Shown: piece after piece, positions 62,514 to 64,000 of the stretch | Layout: each line of letters starts with the position of its first letter | Numbering within the stretch: the first letter of the stretch is position 1 | Assembly: GCF_030028105.1 (NCBI RefSeq) | Contig: NC_092397.1 | Location: 42,784,613 to 42,848,612 of the forward strand | DNA: 64,000 nucleotides | Direction: 5' to 3' | From: Mobula birostris | Taxonomy: Eukaryota | Notes under the pieces: model-generated | What the model was told of the DNA's origin: nothing | The model's database searches: none | What the model saw: only the letters and a program-made list of their open reading frames with translations | Translations under genes and position numbers: made by a program

Positions 62514-64000
62514 TTTTAAGGCATCCCTGTGCAGCTTTGGTTTTATGCTTGCGGTCACTGTCTTGCTGGAAAATTAATTTTCTACTAAGTCGCAGTTCAC
62601 TTGAAGACTGAATTAGGTTTTCCTCCAGGATTTCCCTGTATTTTGCTGCATTCATTTTACCCTCTACCTTTATGTGCCTTTCAGGGCCTGCTGCAGTGAA
62701 GCACACCCGCAGGATGATGCCGCCTCCACCACACTTCACGGTAGGGATGGTGTGTTTTTGATGTGCGGTGTTTGGCTTACTCCAAACTTAGTGTTTGTGA
62801 TGGTCAAAAAATTCAATTTTGTTTTCATCAGACCATAGAATCTTCATCCAACTAACTCTGGAGTCCCCCACAATTCTGGCAAGCTCCAGGCAAGATTTCA
62901 TGAGAGCATTTTTCAACAGTGGCTTTTTCTCTGCCACTCTCCCATAAAGCTGCGAATGGTGAAACACCCGGGCAACAGTTGATGTATGCACAATCTCTCC
63001 CAGCACTGAAGCTTGTGACTCCTCTACAGTTATCATAGGTCTCTTGGTGGCCTCCCCCACTGGCCCCTTCTTGCATGGCCGCACAGTTTCTGAGGATAGC
63101 CTGCTCTTGGCAGATTTACAGCTGTGCCATATTCTTCATACTTCTGGATGAGTGACTTAACTGTACTCTAAGGGCATTCAGTGACTTGGAAATGTTCTTG
63201 TATCCATCTCCTGGCTTGTGTTTTTCAATTACCTGTTTGCAGAGCAGCTCGGAGTGTTGATTTGTCTTCACGGTGTAGTTTCTCCCAGGATACTGACTCA
63301 CCAGCAGTTAGACCTTCCACTTACAGGTGTACTATTACTACAATCAATTGAAACACCTTGACTGCACACGGTCATCTCCATTTAACTGATTATGTAACTT
63401 CGAAAACTAATTGGCTGCACCAGTGATGATTTGGTGTGTCATATTAAAGGGGGTGAATACTTAAACAGACAATTATTTTGTGTTTTTTGATTTGTAATTA
63501 GTTGAGAGCATTTTGTAGAGATTTGTTTTCACTTTGACACAAATTAGTCTTTTTCCATTGATTAGTTTCAAAAAAAGTCAAATTCAATCCACTGAGATTC
63601 AATGTTGTAAAACTATAAAACATGAAGACTTCCAAGGGGTGTGAATACTTTTCATAGGCACTTTATATGTAGGGAGAATGATGATGAAAGAGGAAGGGAA
63701 AGAAGACATGGGGAGAAGTGGCCTCAAGATCCTGAGGTGTGGTCAAAGGCATACAAGGAAATATTAAATCAAAGAACATACAAAGAGGCAAGGGCTGGTG
63801 GTAGACAAGAGAATCAGGAATTTTCTAGGAACCAGTGATGAGATAAAAGCTAAAAGTAACAAGGAACACGCAGAGAAGTTAACTCAATAATTTGCGTTAC
63901 TGTTCACAGTGGGTCACAGCAAACATCCCACAGATATCTAACGGTGACATTTCAACATTGTGCCATAATGATCACCATCACAAAGGAGAAACTAATGGGA

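Larger units (their letters stand above)
58892..63663 (-). mobile_element. Tc1 copy (paralog of 5438-7030) split by CR1 and hAT insertions
   Basis: TA-cagtgcc..ggcactt-TA; transposase remnants at 62452-63301. Confidence 0.9.

Overview
Eukaryotic vertebrate DNA; the repeat families and H1 type suggest a cartilaginous fish, probably a ray (inference). It is a repeat-rich replication-dependent histone cluster with seven intact genes: H4 x2, H3.2, H1, H2A and H2B x2. It also holds an H2B pseudogene, orphan H4 and H2A promoters, a decayed C2H2 zinc-finger unit, and many CR1, Penelope (with hammerhead ribozyme motifs), Tc1, hAT, RTE, Rex, Tx1 and I/Nimb remnants. The window is built from segmental duplications: a large inverted pair (about 5.1-15.0 kb vs 45.3-64 kb) and an older direct copy (about 15.9-28.0 kb). 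The most striking object is a 4.7-kb, CpG-dense array of about 175 x 27 bp (16446-21173). On the minus strand it reads as a giant protamine-like (KASRGRT[K/R/I]R)n polypeptide. On the plus strand it reads as MGNC-(LLYVSYVPD)n, where all common variants are synonymous. Expression of either reading is unproven. Coordinates of decayed repeats are approximate, and no alignments or database searches were run.
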